Notes: generated by a model from the letters alone, not told the origin. A DNA stretch of 64,000 nucleotides from an uncultured Bdellovibrionales bacterium (GCA_964483635.1 CAZABS010000001.1:16692-80691), one strand, 5' to 3'. Positions 1 to 9,790 are shown, counted from the stretch's first letter. Translations and numbers: made by a program.

Positions 1-180
1 GCAAGAGTGCGAACTTGCAAAATCCCTCGAAATGCGAATACAACAGTAGGACGATTGCTCTACGAAAGCGATCCTGATTGGCAGTGTCTGGAATTGCCTC
101 ACATTGATTGTGGAGGAACCGGAGCTCCTCAGTACGCCAGGCAAGTTCCTCTTCCAGTTGCGAGCGGAACTCGGAGAGTT

Positions 181-1368
181 TCATGCTCCAGGAAGGACCC
201 GTTCACGAACAAATGCGATGCGCTCATTAAGTGGGCCAGGACTATTCTTCCCACCACCCGATGTCAGCTCGACAAAGGCAGCATCCATCTTCACTTCTTT
301 CATGACCGTTTTGAGTTGTTCCAGCTGCGCCTCCGAATCGAGATCCACAGCATCGAGACCCCGCTGAATGCCGACGGTAAACGCTTCGAACTGATAGATT
401 CCGAACCCACGAACGAGGCCAGTCCGCGTCTTGTTCGCTCGACTGAAAGCAGTGTCGCCGAGCGTTTTCGCGAGCACGTCAAACGTCTTTTGAAAGACCC
501 GCTCCTCACGCTCGTAGTCGAACTCAATGGGAGCATCTGGATCGGAAATCGCCTCCATGTATTCCGTAAGGAAGTCCGTGACGTCGTGCCGGAAGCGGTG
601 GCGCCAGTTCTTCAAAGCAAAGAACCGCAAAACCAGCTCTTTGTCGTAGGCCCCATAAAGCTGTTCTTCAGATATCGTTGAAATGCAGAGTTTGAATGAC
701 TCGGATGTATCGGCCAACCGGTTGATGAAGTCATTGAATCGCGGATCCAGCAATCGAATCGTGCAGTTTCTCAATTGCTGGGCGGTGAGCGGCTCACCAC
801 CAGTATTCAGTCGCTTGAACATGTGGTACTTGAACTTGGGATTGCTGCCCCGACGGATTACTTCGACACGCACAAACGACCGGCGCAGCTTTATCTGTAG
901 CGCGGTACCAAGATCGTCATACGTCTTTCCATTGAGTCGTGGGAGGATATCGCAATCCTGCAATATAAGTTTGTCACCCCTTTGAACCGGTGGGCGAAGG
1001 TGAGCAGCGTCCAGCATCCCGCGGAAGTGGAGATAAGAAGAGAGTCGTTGTAGACCGTCGATGAGGAGCTTCTTGTTATCTTCCTCTTCGACCATGTAAA
1101 TCGGAGGAACAGGCATTTCAAGAAGCAGTGATTCAATGAATCGGGATCGGGCACCCTCCGACCACTGAAAGAGCCGTTGATAGTCAGGGCGGATGTCCAA
1201 TTCGCCAGTCTCGACCATATCCGCAAGTTCGTTGAATGAGATGTCGAGGCTTTGGGTGTGGACACTCTTGAGCTGGACATCGAGATCTCGGATGAGATCA
1301 ACGACGCTTTCATCGTTCCCTGGAACCGGCATTGCTAACCTCGCTTGCAAGTGAGTGGTGTACCTCAA
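181..1368 (-). CDS. DUF262 (GmrSD N-terminal-like, ParB/Srx-fold) domain protein; last gene of the RM operon
   Basis: Motif IRPDYQRLFQWSEGARSRFIESLLLEMPVPPIYM matches the DUF262 (D/E)xQR...W signature. No HNH/DUF1524 half is recognisable. The gene lies 34 bp downstream of the REase on the same strand. Confidence 0.6.
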   Translation of the reverse strand: MRYTTHLQARLAMPVPGNDESVVDLIRDLDVQLKSVHTQSLDISFNELADMVETGELDIRPDYQRLFQWSEGARSRFIESLLLEMPVPPIYMVEEEDNKKLLIDGLQRLSSYLHFRGMLDAAHLRPPVQRGDKLILQDCDILPRLNGKTYDDLGTALQIKLRRSFVRVEVIRRGSNPKFKYHMFKRLNTGGEPLTAQQLRNCTIRLLDPRFNDFINRLADTSESFKLCISTISEEQLYGAYDKELVLRFFALKNWRHRFRHDVTDFLTEYMEAISDPDAPIEFDYEREERVFQKTFDVLAKTLGDTAFSRANKTRTGLVRGFGIYQFEAFTVGIQRGLDAVDLDSEAQLEQLKTVMKEVKMDAAFVELTSGGGKNSPGPLNERIAFVRERVLPGA

Positions 1369-1401
1369 GGCAGTCCATAGCTTCGTCCAAATACCGATTG
1401 G

Positions 1402-2268
1402 CTATTCGAAGCGCGCTTCATACGCCTTGGCCAAGTTGCTGATGAACTCGTCCCAGCGCAATCCGCTTCCAACCGGAGGTACATCGCTCTCTATTTGTCC
1501 TGTATTTGGGTCATATGCGACGACTGAGATGCCTTCGAGCAGATGCGCAGCGTCGGCCTCAGTCTCTCGGCCACCTGCACGGATCAGTCGTTTTACGGCA
1601 CGGTCGATGAGGTGACGGGTGGGTCGCTGGGACGGCAAGTGGGAAACGGGCGAGGGCTCGACTCCTGGTGGCACAGCTGAAATTGGCTCGCGATCCAGAT
1701 CAGCAGCCAATTCGGACGAATCACCTTTTTCCGCAACCTCTGCTTCCGCCTGCTCCGCCTCTATCGCGTCTTTGCTTCCGACTTCTTCGTAGGTCGGAAT
1801 CACCAGCACTCCCCCTACGACAGCGAAAGGGAATTTGAGGTGCAAGTTAACCGCAAAGGTCCGGAGATCGCCGAACCGGTTCCAGATTGCCCGCCCAACG
1901 GCGAGGTTCACGGGCTTGAGTTCAATGGCAAGGCGCAGGCCATCGAGTTCATTAGTCTCGGAGACGTCAGCATTGGTAGTGCGAAGCGCGCCGGCAACTT
2001 TGCGTTCCCCGACGATTGCGCCTGCGAGACTGGGGAGTTTGGCTTTGAGGTCATGCAAGAGTGCTCGGCCGAGTGCGTTCGATAGTCGAATCTGAGCCGC
2101 CTTCTTTGGCCCAGCGGCGAGCCCGCGTTGCTCGCGGACGTAGGCACTAACAGCGACAATGTAGTTTGATATGACACATGGATCGAGGGATGCGAGCCGA
2201 TCGATTGGTTCGATGCCCGTAGGCTCCGGGTCTTTCTTCTTGCGCGGCGACTTCCTTCGCGTAGCCAT
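1402..2268 (-). CDS. Putative Type II restriction endonuclease (PD-(D/E)xK-like)
   Basis: DGLRLAIELKP fits a D-x(n)-E-x-K catalytic motif. The start overlaps the MTase stop at 2268, implying translational coupling in an RM operon. Confidence 0.4.
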   Translation of the reverse strand: MATRRKSPRKKKDPEPTGIEPIDRLASLDPCVISNYIVAVSAYVREQRGLAAGPKKAAQIRLSNALGRALLHDLKAKLPSLAGAIVGERKVAGALRTTNADVSETNELDGLRLAIELKPVNLAVGRAIWNRFGDLRTFAVNLHLKFPFAVVGGVLVIPTYEEVGSKDAIEAEQAEAEVAEKGDSSELAADLDREPISAVPPGVEPSPVSHLPSQRPTRHLIDRAVKRLIRAGGRETEADAAHLLEGISVVAYDPNTGQIESDVPPVGSGLRWDEFISNLAKAYEARFE

Positions 2269-3164
2269 TACCGCCCAATTGCTTGCGCCCTGGACGCAGG
2301 GGTCTGCGGTAGGGTGCGGACGATCTTTAGATCGACGGTCAAACTCCCAAGAGCAGCCAATCGCGCTTCGATCATCTGAACATAGGCCGGCTCGATCTCG
2401 ACACCAATGCTGTTGCGTCCGGTCTCGACCGCCGCGAGTGTCGTGGTACCAGTACCGAGGAATGGATCTACGACGGTGTCACCCGCAAAGCTGAACATCC
2501 GAATGAGGCGGCGGGGAATCTCGATGGGATAGGGTGCTGGATGACCCTTGCGAAGCTGGCCGGTGACATCCGCCCAGACCGGCGCATACCATTTCATGTA
2601 GTCCTCGGTTTCGATGCGCGATCGACGCTCCATCTCTTGAGTGGGCTTGCGGTAGCCGCCTGGTTTCCGGAAGAAGAGAATATGCTCAATGTCGTTCTTG
2701 ACGATTCCGTTCGGGAGATTGGGTTTGCCGAGGAAACGAGAAGACCTGGAAGCCTCAAGTTTGATGTTGGCAACCTTGAGCCATCGAATAGGGGTCAAGT
2801 TGTCAAAGCCCAGCTTGCGTGCCCGTACTTGAAGATCGCCGGAGAGTGGCAAGACGTAGTGACGCCCACCAGCACGGCGTGAGACACACACGTCACCGAC
2901 AACACATGCGACGCGACCACCTGGCACGAGGATGCGCAGACATTCCGCCCACACCTTGTCGAGCTCGTCGAGAAAAACCTCATAGGAAGCGATATTCCCG
3001 AGCTGAGCGTCGTGATCGGGATAGGTCTTCAGTGAACCATACGGAGGACTGGTGCAAATGAGGTGGACACTCTCAGTAGTAATGGCCGCGAGCGAGCGAG
3101 CATCGCCCTCGTAGACCATGTGGTGGGTGAATCCAGCAGAGCGGCGTTTTCCCTGGTTTGGCAT
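2268..3164 (-). CDS. DNA methyltransferase, beta-class N4-cytosine/N6-adenine family
   Basis: TSPPY catalytic motif IV precedes DPFLGTGTT (FxGxG AdoMet motif I), the order typical of beta-class MTases in the N6_N4_Mtase family. Confidence 0.85.
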   Translation of the reverse strand: MPNQGKRRSAGFTHHMVYEGDARSLAAITTESVHLICTSPPYGSLKTYPDHDAQLGNIASYEVFLDELDKVWAECLRILVPGGRVACVVGDVCVSRRAGGRHYVLPLSGDLQVRARKLGFDNLTPIRWLKVANIKLEASRSSRFLGKPNLPNGIVKNDIEHILFFRKPGGYRKPTQEMERRSRIETEDYMKWYAPVWADVTGQLRKGHPAPYPIEIPRRLIRMFSFAGDTVVDPFLGTGTTTLAAVETGRNSIGVEIEPAYVQMIEARLAALGSLTVDLKIVRTLPQTPASRAQAIGR

Positions 3165-3182
3165 CAGGTTCTTCCTGGTGAA

Positions 3183-3386
3183 TCAGACTCGGTTCTGTTG
3201 CTCCAAGAGCGGCCACTGATCGGCAACGTACCTCTCGGCAGCGTCCCGCACCACCCAGGCCACCGAGACCTTCTTCTGCCTAGCGATCTCTTCGAGGGTT
3301 CGATAGAGGTCGGGCGGGAAGGTAACTGACGCACGCGGTGCGCTCGTCGTTTTGGCTTCGGGATGCGGTTTCGTGACTCGACTCAT
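3183..3386 (-). CDS. Ribbon-helix-helix (CopG/Arc-like) small regulator, putative RM controller
   Basis: It is 67 aa. VTFPPDLYRTLEEIARQKKVSVAWVVRDAAERYV is the beta-strand plus two-helix RHH pattern. It is the first gene of the minus-strand RM operon. Confidence 0.5.
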   Translation of the reverse strand: MSRVTKPHPEAKTTSAPRASVTFPPDLYRTLEEIARQKKVSVAWVVRDAAERYVADQWPLLEQQNRV

Positions 3387-3467
3387 CGGGTGCAGACCTC
3401 CAGACGCACCACTTTACACCGCCGTGGTGCACTCGTAAACTAAAAGCTCTTTCTTCGAGGACTGGTC

Positions 3468-4964
3468 ATGGGCAAGACCGGTTCCACCAAGCGTGTCGGC
3501 ATCTGGATTCGGGTCTCTACCGAGGATCAGGTGCGGGGTGAGAGCCCCGAGACCCACGAGCGTAGGGCTCGGGCGTACGCCGAAGCCAAGGAGTGGTCGG
3601 TCGCCCAGATCTACCGCCTGGATGCCGTTTCTGGGAAGACCGTCAAGGAACACCCCGAAGCCAAGCGGATGCTCCAAGACATCCGAGCAGGTCATATCAC
3701 CGGTCTCATCTTCTCGAAGCTCGCCCGCCTCGCACGGAACACCAAGGAACTCCTGGAGTTCGCCGAGTTCTTCCGGGAAGAGGAAGCCGACCTCGTGTCT
3801 CTCGCGGAATCGATCGATACGTCGACTCCGGCCGGTCGGCTCTTCTACACCATGATCGCTGCCATGGCTCAGTGGGAGAGAGAGGAGATCGCCGAGCGGG
3901 TCGCCGCCTCCGTTCCGGTACGCGCCAAGATGGGGAAGCCCTTGGGCGGAGCCGCTCCCTTCGGGTACCAGTGGCTGGATGGCAAGCTCCTCCCGGATCC
4001 CAAGGAGGCTCCGGTTCGGAAGCTTCTCTACGAACTCTTCCGAGAGCATCAGCGGAAGAAGACGGTCGCAAGGCTCTTGAGTGAGAAGGGTTACCGCACC
4101 CGGAACGGCTCAGCCTTCTCCGATACCACGGTCGCCCGGCTTGTCCGTGATCCAACCGCCAAGGGAGTCCGCCGCGCCAACTACACCAAGACCACGAACA
4201 GTAAGAAAGCCTGGGAGCGGAAGCCCGAGAGCGACTGGGTACTCCACGAGATTCCCGCGATTGTCCCCGAGGATCTCTGGAACGAGTGCAATGCCATCTT
4301 GGATGCCCGGAAGGACACCGGGAAGCGTCCGGCCAAGAAGGTGACCCACCTCTTCTCGGGAGTGACCTATTGCCAATGCGGTAGCAAGATGTATGTACCC
4401 TCGAATACCCCGAAGTACGTCTGCACCCAGTGCCGGAACAAGATCCCAATCATTGATCTCGACGCCGTCTTTCATGAGCAGCTGAGGGGGTTCCTCTTCT
4501 CTCCCGAGGAACTGGCTGTTCATCTGCGGGCAGCCGACGGTGCGCTCCGGGAGAAGGAGGAACTCCTCCAGGTACTCTCCCTGGAACGCGGGAAGCTCAC
4601 CGGAAAGATCGAGCGGCTCCACGAACTCTACGAAGTCGGCTCCATCGACAAGCACGGCTTCGGGCTGAAGTACCGCCCGATGGCCGAGCGCCTGGCGCAG
4701 CTCGACGACGAGATCCCGAAGACCCATGCCGAAGTGGACGTCATGAAGATCGCCCACCTCTCCCAAGAAGAGATCCTGGCCGAAGCAAGGGATCTCTTCA
4801 CTCGTTGGCCAACCCTCCCGGGAGACGAGAAGCGCCGCATTGTCGAAACCATTACCGAACGGATCACTATCGGTAAGGATGACATTGAGATCGACCTCTA
4901 CTACGTCCCGCCGGGACTCGGTGAAACCAAAGCCCGTCCCATTTCTACTCCTTCTTTCAATTGA
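3468..4964 (+). CDS. Large serine recombinase (integrase type)
   Basis: N-terminal resolvase catalytic domain (VGIWIRVSTEDQ with the Ser nucleophile, and LIFSKLARLARN). A recombinase domain follows, then a C-terminal zinc-ribbon (CQCGSKMY...CTQCRNK) and a coiled coil. Total length is 498 aa. Confidence 0.9.
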   Translation: MGKTGSTKRVGIWIRVSTEDQVRGESPETHERRARAYAEAKEWSVAQIYRLDAVSGKTVKEHPEAKRMLQDIRAGHITGLIFSKLARLARNTKELLEFAEFFREEEADLVSLAESIDTSTPAGRLFYTMIAAMAQWEREEIAERVAASVPVRAKMGKPLGGAAPFGYQWLDGKLLPDPKEAPVRKLLYELFREHQRKKTVARLLSEKGYRTRNGSAFSDTTVARLVRDPTAKGVRRANYTKTTNSKKAWERKPESDWVLHEIPAIVPEDLWNECNAILDARKDTGKRPAKKVTHLFSGVTYCQCGSKMYVPSNTPKYVCTQCRNKIPIIDLDAVFHEQLRGFLFSPEELAVHLRAADGALREKEELLQVLSLERGKLTGKIERLHELYEVGSIDKHGFGLKYRPMAERLAQLDDEIPKTHAEVDVMKIAHLSQEEILAEARDLFTRWPTLPGDEKRRIVETITERITIGKDDIEIDLYYVPPGLGETKARPISTPSFN

Positions 4965-4974
4965 TGGTGAATAC

Positions 4975-5280
4975 GCGATGAATCCTCATGGCCGCGTTGC
5001 CTTTTTGCCATTCGTCCTGATCAAGCTTAAGTGCCAGAAACCAAAGGGTTATTCCGAGAACCCTAAGACTATCGGCGAGCACGTGAGGAAACGCCGGATG
5101 GAGCTTGGGCTGACGCTTCGGGAAGCCGGGAGGCTTATGGGGGTGACTGAGTACACAGTCATCAATTGGGAAGGCGGCCACTGTGAGCCCTCCGTCAAGA
5201 GCTCTCGGGCGATCCGATCCTTCCTGTACTATGACCCATTGCCGGAGCCGGACACCCTCGGCGTCGACCGGACAACCTGA
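4975..5280 (+). CDS. XRE-family helix-turn-helix transcriptional regulator
   Basis: IGEHVRKRRMELGLTLREAGRLMGVTEYTVINWE is a canonical XRE HTH. The gene starts immediately 3' of the recombinase. I chose the internal ATG at 4975; the ORF track's longer 4840 start overlaps the recombinase. Confidence 0.6.
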   Translation, partial: AMNPHGRVAFLPFVLIKLKCQKPKGYSENPKTIGEHVRKRRMELGLTLREAGRLMGVTEYTVINWEGGHCEPSVKSSRAIRSFLYYDPLPEPDTLGVDRTT

Positions 5281-5430
5281 CGGGTCTGGGAAGGAGGCCG
5301 ATTAGTCCGGTTCTGTCGCCACCGCGTCGCCGTGGCGAAGCTTCTCGGCCTGGATCCGGCGTTCCTGACTGTGGAGTTGCGAAGCCGCCGGAACAGTAAG
5401 CTCCCGTTCCACGTTCCGACGTCTCCAGCG

Positions 5431-6327
5431 TCACCCGCACACGTACGCGTACGGACTCCCTCCGCCCATGCAGTGGCCAGGACATTGATTGAGGCGAACT
5501 GCACCACTTGCGCAACGCGGCTCCGGAGCACTGACTGGCGGGTTGAAGCCCCAGCAACCGCACGCTTGCATTCCGTAGCCAGGAGGATATCCAGACTGCG
5601 CCGGCGTGAAGCCGTCTCGAATTGACACCCACGATCCCTGATTCAAGAACTGCGCGATCCGAGGACTAACCTGGCTTTCGAAATCGTAGGCCTCCCGCTC
5701 GAAACGGTTCCGCCGATCCTGGCAGCCGCCGCACTCTACGTACTGTCGGCTGTAATCACACTTGAACCGATCGGTTCCGCTTGCCCGGTACTGGCGAATA
5801 TGAACGACCTCATGAGCAAGCGTTGAGGCTGTCGCCAAGGTATCCCCTTTGAGGGAGACATCAAGGTAGATCCGTCCGCGATCGGGAGCCATGCCGTGCG
5901 CTCCTTGGAGCGGGCACCACCGTGTCTGGACGCCGTTGAGCTCCCCAAGCTGGATGATGCCGGCCGAGGTCAGTGTGTTGATAGCCTGCACGATGAGGTG
6001 CTGATCATCGAGCCGTCCGTCCCAGTTCGAGCATCGGGCAATGACGATCCCCGTGACGGTTTGATACGGTCCGGTACAGGCCTGGGTGCCGTACGTCTCG
6101 ATCTGCTCCCGTGGTGTCAAGGGGATGTTGGGAACATTGGATCGGGTGACACAGGCGAGTTTCTTGGCAGCCTCACACTTGGCGTGACAGGTCGGCTCGA
6201 TGAACTCGACCGGCGGGAAGTCGGTGCGTATCCGGCACTGTCGGTGACAGTCGGTATCGCAGGATTCAGCCTGTGCCACCGTAACAGCGCCCGCAAAGAG
6301 CAGAGCGAGAGCAATTCGACGAAGCAT
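5431..6327 (-). CDS. Secreted cysteine-rich protein with an HExxH zinc-metallopeptidase-like motif
   Basis: Signal peptide MLRRIALALLFAGAVTVAQAES. Many Cys residues and an AHEVVHIRQY motif are present. Start is set at the internal Met; the ORF track extends to 6399. Confidence 0.45.
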   Translation of the reverse strand: MLRRIALALLFAGAVTVAQAESCDTDCHRQCRIRTDFPPVEFIEPTCHAKCEAAKKLACVTRSNVPNIPLTPREQIETYGTQACTGPYQTVTGIVIARCSNWDGRLDDQHLIVQAINTLTSAGIIQLGELNGVQTRWCPLQGAHGMAPDRGRIYLDVSLKGDTLATASTLAHEVVHIRQYRASGTDRFKCDYSRQYVECGGCQDRRNRFEREAYDFESQVSPRIAQFLNQGSWVSIRDGFTPAQSGYPPGYGMQACGCWGFNPPVSAPEPRCASGAVRLNQCPGHCMGGGSPYAYVCG

Positions 6328-6564
6328 GAGTTCCTCCAGTCGTGCGTTGCCGCCTGAAGCACCCTCTGCTGCCCTGACTCCGAGCAGTGTCACTGGCAAA
6401 TCTAATGCATTACCTCACGTGCTGTCTGCAGAAAACATGTGTCTGAACCCGGATCGCATCGCCGCGCTCGCCGCCATGCGACGCCTCCCTTGCGAAATGC
6501 ACTCGATGCGATCCCCGGACTGAGAGTAGAGAGGCAGGGTTCTGAACTATTCGCGCCTGACCCG

Positions 6565-7203
6565 TCAAGAAACTGCGGCGACCTGACCAAGTTGCTCGTG
6601 AAACAGCGAACAGTTCTTGAATATCGCGTAAAGGCCAAAGTATCCGAAATTGTAAGCCTCCTTATCGTCCACCATCGTCTTCGCGAGCTTAGAGATCATG
6701 AAAGGATGCAGCTCGAATGATGTTTGACGATCAAGCTGCGTATTCAACAGCAGAAGTCTCGCAATCCGAACCGTGGGAAGGTATCGACCGGGGCGGTTAG
6801 ACTCGCATTGCACAAAGTCTGCAAAAGCCCACCCGAATCCATAGGCGTACTTAAACAGATCTGGCTCTTTAGGCGTTATTTCGTACTCAAGGATGTAAGT
6901 CTTCACCCACATATTAACGCGCTTCCAGAACTGTGGCGGCTCTTCCTTCACTGAAACCGAAATTGCTACAAAGCGGTCAAGCATGACCATTAGTTCGTCA
7001 ACCAGCACACGCACATCATCTCGTTCCAATAGGATGTATGCGTCACGTGGGGAATACACGGATCCCGTTGATCGGCCGGCCGCGAGATCCTCCCCAATCT
7101 GCGTCGCAAGCGATGCTGCATCTGCTAGGGTGTCGGCAAAACCAGTAAACATGGCTTGCCATCGAATCTTTTCTTTTTCGGGTGTCATAAATAAAAAGGG
7201 CAC
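6565..7203 (-). CDS. Hypothetical protein
   Basis: Long ORF with protein-like composition; no recognisable motif. Confidence 0.35.
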   Translation of the reverse strand: MPFLFMTPEKEKIRWQAMFTGFADTLADAASLATQIGEDLAAGRSTGSVYSPRDAYILLERDDVRVLVDELMVMLDRFVAISVSVKEEPPQFWKRVNMWVKTYILEYEITPKEPDLFKYAYGFGWAFADFVQCESNRPGRYLPTVRIARLLLLNTQLDRQTSFELHPFMISKLAKTMVDDKEAYNFGYFGLYAIFKNCSLFHEQLGQVAAVS

Positions 7204-8012
7204 AGGTTCGTCTGCGCCCCTTAAGTTAGTTGGCGTTGTGCGAACTACGGTTGTTCGGGAGTCTTGCTCTCCGGTAGTCGCGCATACTTACTGCAAAGAT
7301 CCATTGGGCCAAGCACCGCATCCTTTAGTGGCTGAGGATTATGATTGGTGATTGGTGAACATTCACCCGCGCCGCCAGGCGGATGATGCGCCCACTTCCC
7401 CAATGCGTTCACGGCTTTTTCACCAAATGCTGCGGCTCGCGCGCGATGCGCTTCTCGCCATGCAGTGGAGTCTAGTCGATCTGTCATATTGATCCTTGGA
7501 AAGAGCGTACGTGTTAGAACGCTGCATGCACTACGGAAAAATCCTCAGGAACGAGATTTCTCAGGACAACGAACTTTGTGCAATGTTGGAGTAGGGAAAG
7601 CAACACATCACCCACCCTTGAGGCGCCGATAGCCTCAAGCAATAAGAGCGACTAAGCGCACCGCACGCTGCCGATCAAGCGCTCGACGATCGAATCCGAT
7701 TCGTTCGCCCCGATCGGTTGAATGCCATTTCCACCCGTCGGCACGACAGTCTTTTCAAAGTGCTATGTGTCTTCATTATGGGGGCATCATAAAAAAAGTC
7801 AATGCCATCAACAACATAGACCCGTGCACGGCGCGGTGAATGCGTCATTGCAGCACACCACTGGAGCATTGAAGAAAAACGAGGTAACGAAATTCATTTG
7901 ATTTCATCAGCATAGTTGACAGACTGGCAATCTTGACGAGATTGCGAAGCTGTTGCGGCTGAGCGACACAACGTAACCACCAACTCCCTTTCTGAACAAT
8001 CGTTCGAGCTAA

Positions 8013-8026
8013 TGCGCATATGCGCA
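8013..8026. promoter_or_regulatory. Perfect 14-bp palindrome TGCGCATATGCGCA followed by a T7 run, 37 bp upstream of the regulator gene. It is a candidate operator or a small terminator.
   Basis: Read directly from the sequence; the half-sites are TGCGCAT/ATGCGCA. Confidence 0.3.
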
Positions 8027-8062
8027 CTGACCTTTTTTTGTGATAAAGTGTGACTCCTCGCA

Positions 8063-9007
8063 GTGGAGGCACCGGTGCCGCGTCTGAACGTTTTCGTGTC
8101 GGAAGAGCTGCACGATCTGATCGACAAGTGGCGCGGGCGCTTCAATTTGTCCGAGATATGTGCACGCGCACTGGAAGCAGAGCTTCGTGCCGTCGATATT
8201 GGAAAGGCAACCGACACACTCTTGAGTCGCGAAGGGCCGCGTTCTGAGTTCAGCAAACAGCTTCGGTCCCGACTTGGGTTGAGAGATGTCCTCATTGCCG
8301 AAACGGAACTAGTTGGCGAGCGGCTTCGGGAGCAATTGGGCAAACTGGCTGCAGCGTATGTAGACCAGTTCATCTCTGAGGGTGCGACGTTAGCTCTTGC
8401 AGGAGGAAAGCAGATTTGGGCGGTGGTGAACCAGCTACAACCGCGCAACGTTCTTGTTGCTCTCGCTGGAGTCGGATTCGCGAATGATTCGGAAGTTTTT
8501 GAAGCACACCCGAATACGAGTGTCACCATTGCGTGGCTCCGCTACCGCTCTGGATCTAAGGCGTATCGCGTGGGAGCAGCCGAGTTTTCCCAGTTGCTGT
8601 TTCCAATGGAAAATACGAAACAGAAGGTACGAATTGTTGTTGCGTCCTGTGCGCCGTTTGACACGAATTCGCCGTTCAGCGAACTACTCGGAACGGCAGC
8701 AGTCCGTTCGTTGGTAGAGGCGGGAGCAGTGGGTGACTTCTGTTACAACTTCTTTGATGCCGCTGGCGAATCCTTATTGCCGCCAATTGTCCCAGGGCTC
8801 GCGCGGTCACTAATCGACACAGAACACCTCCGCTCATTGGTCAATGATGACTCCGCGCATGTCTTACTTGTCGCCGGTGGTCGCGAGAAACATGACACGA
8901 TTGCACACACCATTCGGGCTCGACTGTGCAACGTACTTGTGACTAATAGAGAAACCGGAGAGTTCTTAATGTGCCTCGATCCTGATAAAGGTGTCGCACT
9001 AGCTTGA
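8063..9007 (+). CDS. SorC/DeoR-like regulator (putative sugar-binding effector domain) with an RHH-like N-terminus
   Basis: VLIAETELVGERLREQLGKLAAAYVDQFISEGATLALAGGKQIWAVV and a later LLVAGGREK resemble the SorC-family sugar-binding domain. The N-terminal 45 aa look RHH-like. Confidence 0.45.
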   Translation: MEAPVPRLNVFVSEELHDLIDKWRGRFNLSEICARALEAELRAVDIGKATDTLLSREGPRSEFSKQLRSRLGLRDVLIAETELVGERLREQLGKLAAAYVDQFISEGATLALAGGKQIWAVVNQLQPRNVLVALAGVGFANDSEVFEAHPNTSVTIAWLRYRSGSKAYRVGAAEFSQLLFPMENTKQKVRIVVASCAPFDTNSPFSELLGTAAVRSLVEAGAVGDFCYNFFDAAGESLLPPIVPGLARSLIDTEHLRSLVNDDSAHVLLVAGGREKHDTIAHTIRARLCNVLVTNRETGEFLMCLDPDKGVALA

Positions 9008-9513
9008 CAGTCGGAAGCCCATACGATATATGCAATCTTATGACTCGTCCTGCCGCCGCCGTCTATCGAGAAGTCGTCCACTCGCCGCCATGGTGTTCGG
9101 AGGCCTTGCCATAACCGGCAAGCAGGATCAAAGGAACAAGGGGCGGCGCAGATACAATAGCCGCCCTTAGTTTTTCTTGGTACGTAGACAACGACAACTC
9201 GTCAATACAAAAGGAAAGCCGCCGATCGGGATTTACCCAACCAGCGGCTTGTTACTACGAAGAGGAGGATCCAATCATGTAATCAGATCACCCTGCAACG
9301 CTCCGTTTGAACCACACCGATTGCCACCAGGCCTGAGAAACCAGAGCAATCGGGAGATGGGAGGAGCAGCCCACCCACGTGCGCGGATACAACAATCGGG
9401 AATTCTACCCCGATTCATGCTGTGCCAAGGAACCGCCTTAACTATTGCATGACGTTGGCATAGCCGTCAAGCGCGCGTGACCCCGTTCCGTTGCTCGCTG
9501 GAAAGGTGTCACG

Positions 9514-9729
9514 ATGACCAAGAATGCTCTTCTCGTTGCTGCCCTTGGTGCGCTTACCGCACTCGGGATTCCGGCAAGTTCCGAAGCCAAAGCGAAGCGC
9601 TCGAAGCATCAAATTGCGCGCACCCTGAGGTTGCCCGGTCCACTCCTGGATCGAATCATCCGACGGTTGCCGCAGGAGTGCTTTGTCGTAAGCAATTGCC
9701 GCGATCGATCGAATCGTCGCGTCGCGTAG
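9514..9729 (+). CDS. Small secreted protein (signal peptide), hypothetical
   Basis: MTKNALLVAALGALTALGIPASSEA is a signal-peptide-like N-terminus. Confidence 0.3.
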   Translation: MTKNALLVAALGALTALGIPASSEAKAKRSKHQIARTLRLPGPLLDRIIRRLPQECFVVSNCRDRSNRRVA

Positions 9730-9790
9730 CCATCCCCTCACTGTAGCGCCAGTCGAGGGGGAAACCCCTCGACTCATCGAGGAGGTAATC

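Noticed and set aside
7-681. 224-aa plus-strand ORF at the window start
   Set aside because: It lies antisense to the DUF262 gene (181–1368) in GC-rich DNA, where long spurious ORFs are expected. No motif was found.
3414-4766. Several long minus- and plus-strand ORFs (e.g. 3414–4049, 3706–4449, 4110–4766, 3593–4084) overlapping the serine recombinase gene
   Set aside because: These are alternative frames of a GC-rich gene with Arg/Pro/Gly-rich low-complexity translations. The recombinase frame carries clear catalytic motifs.
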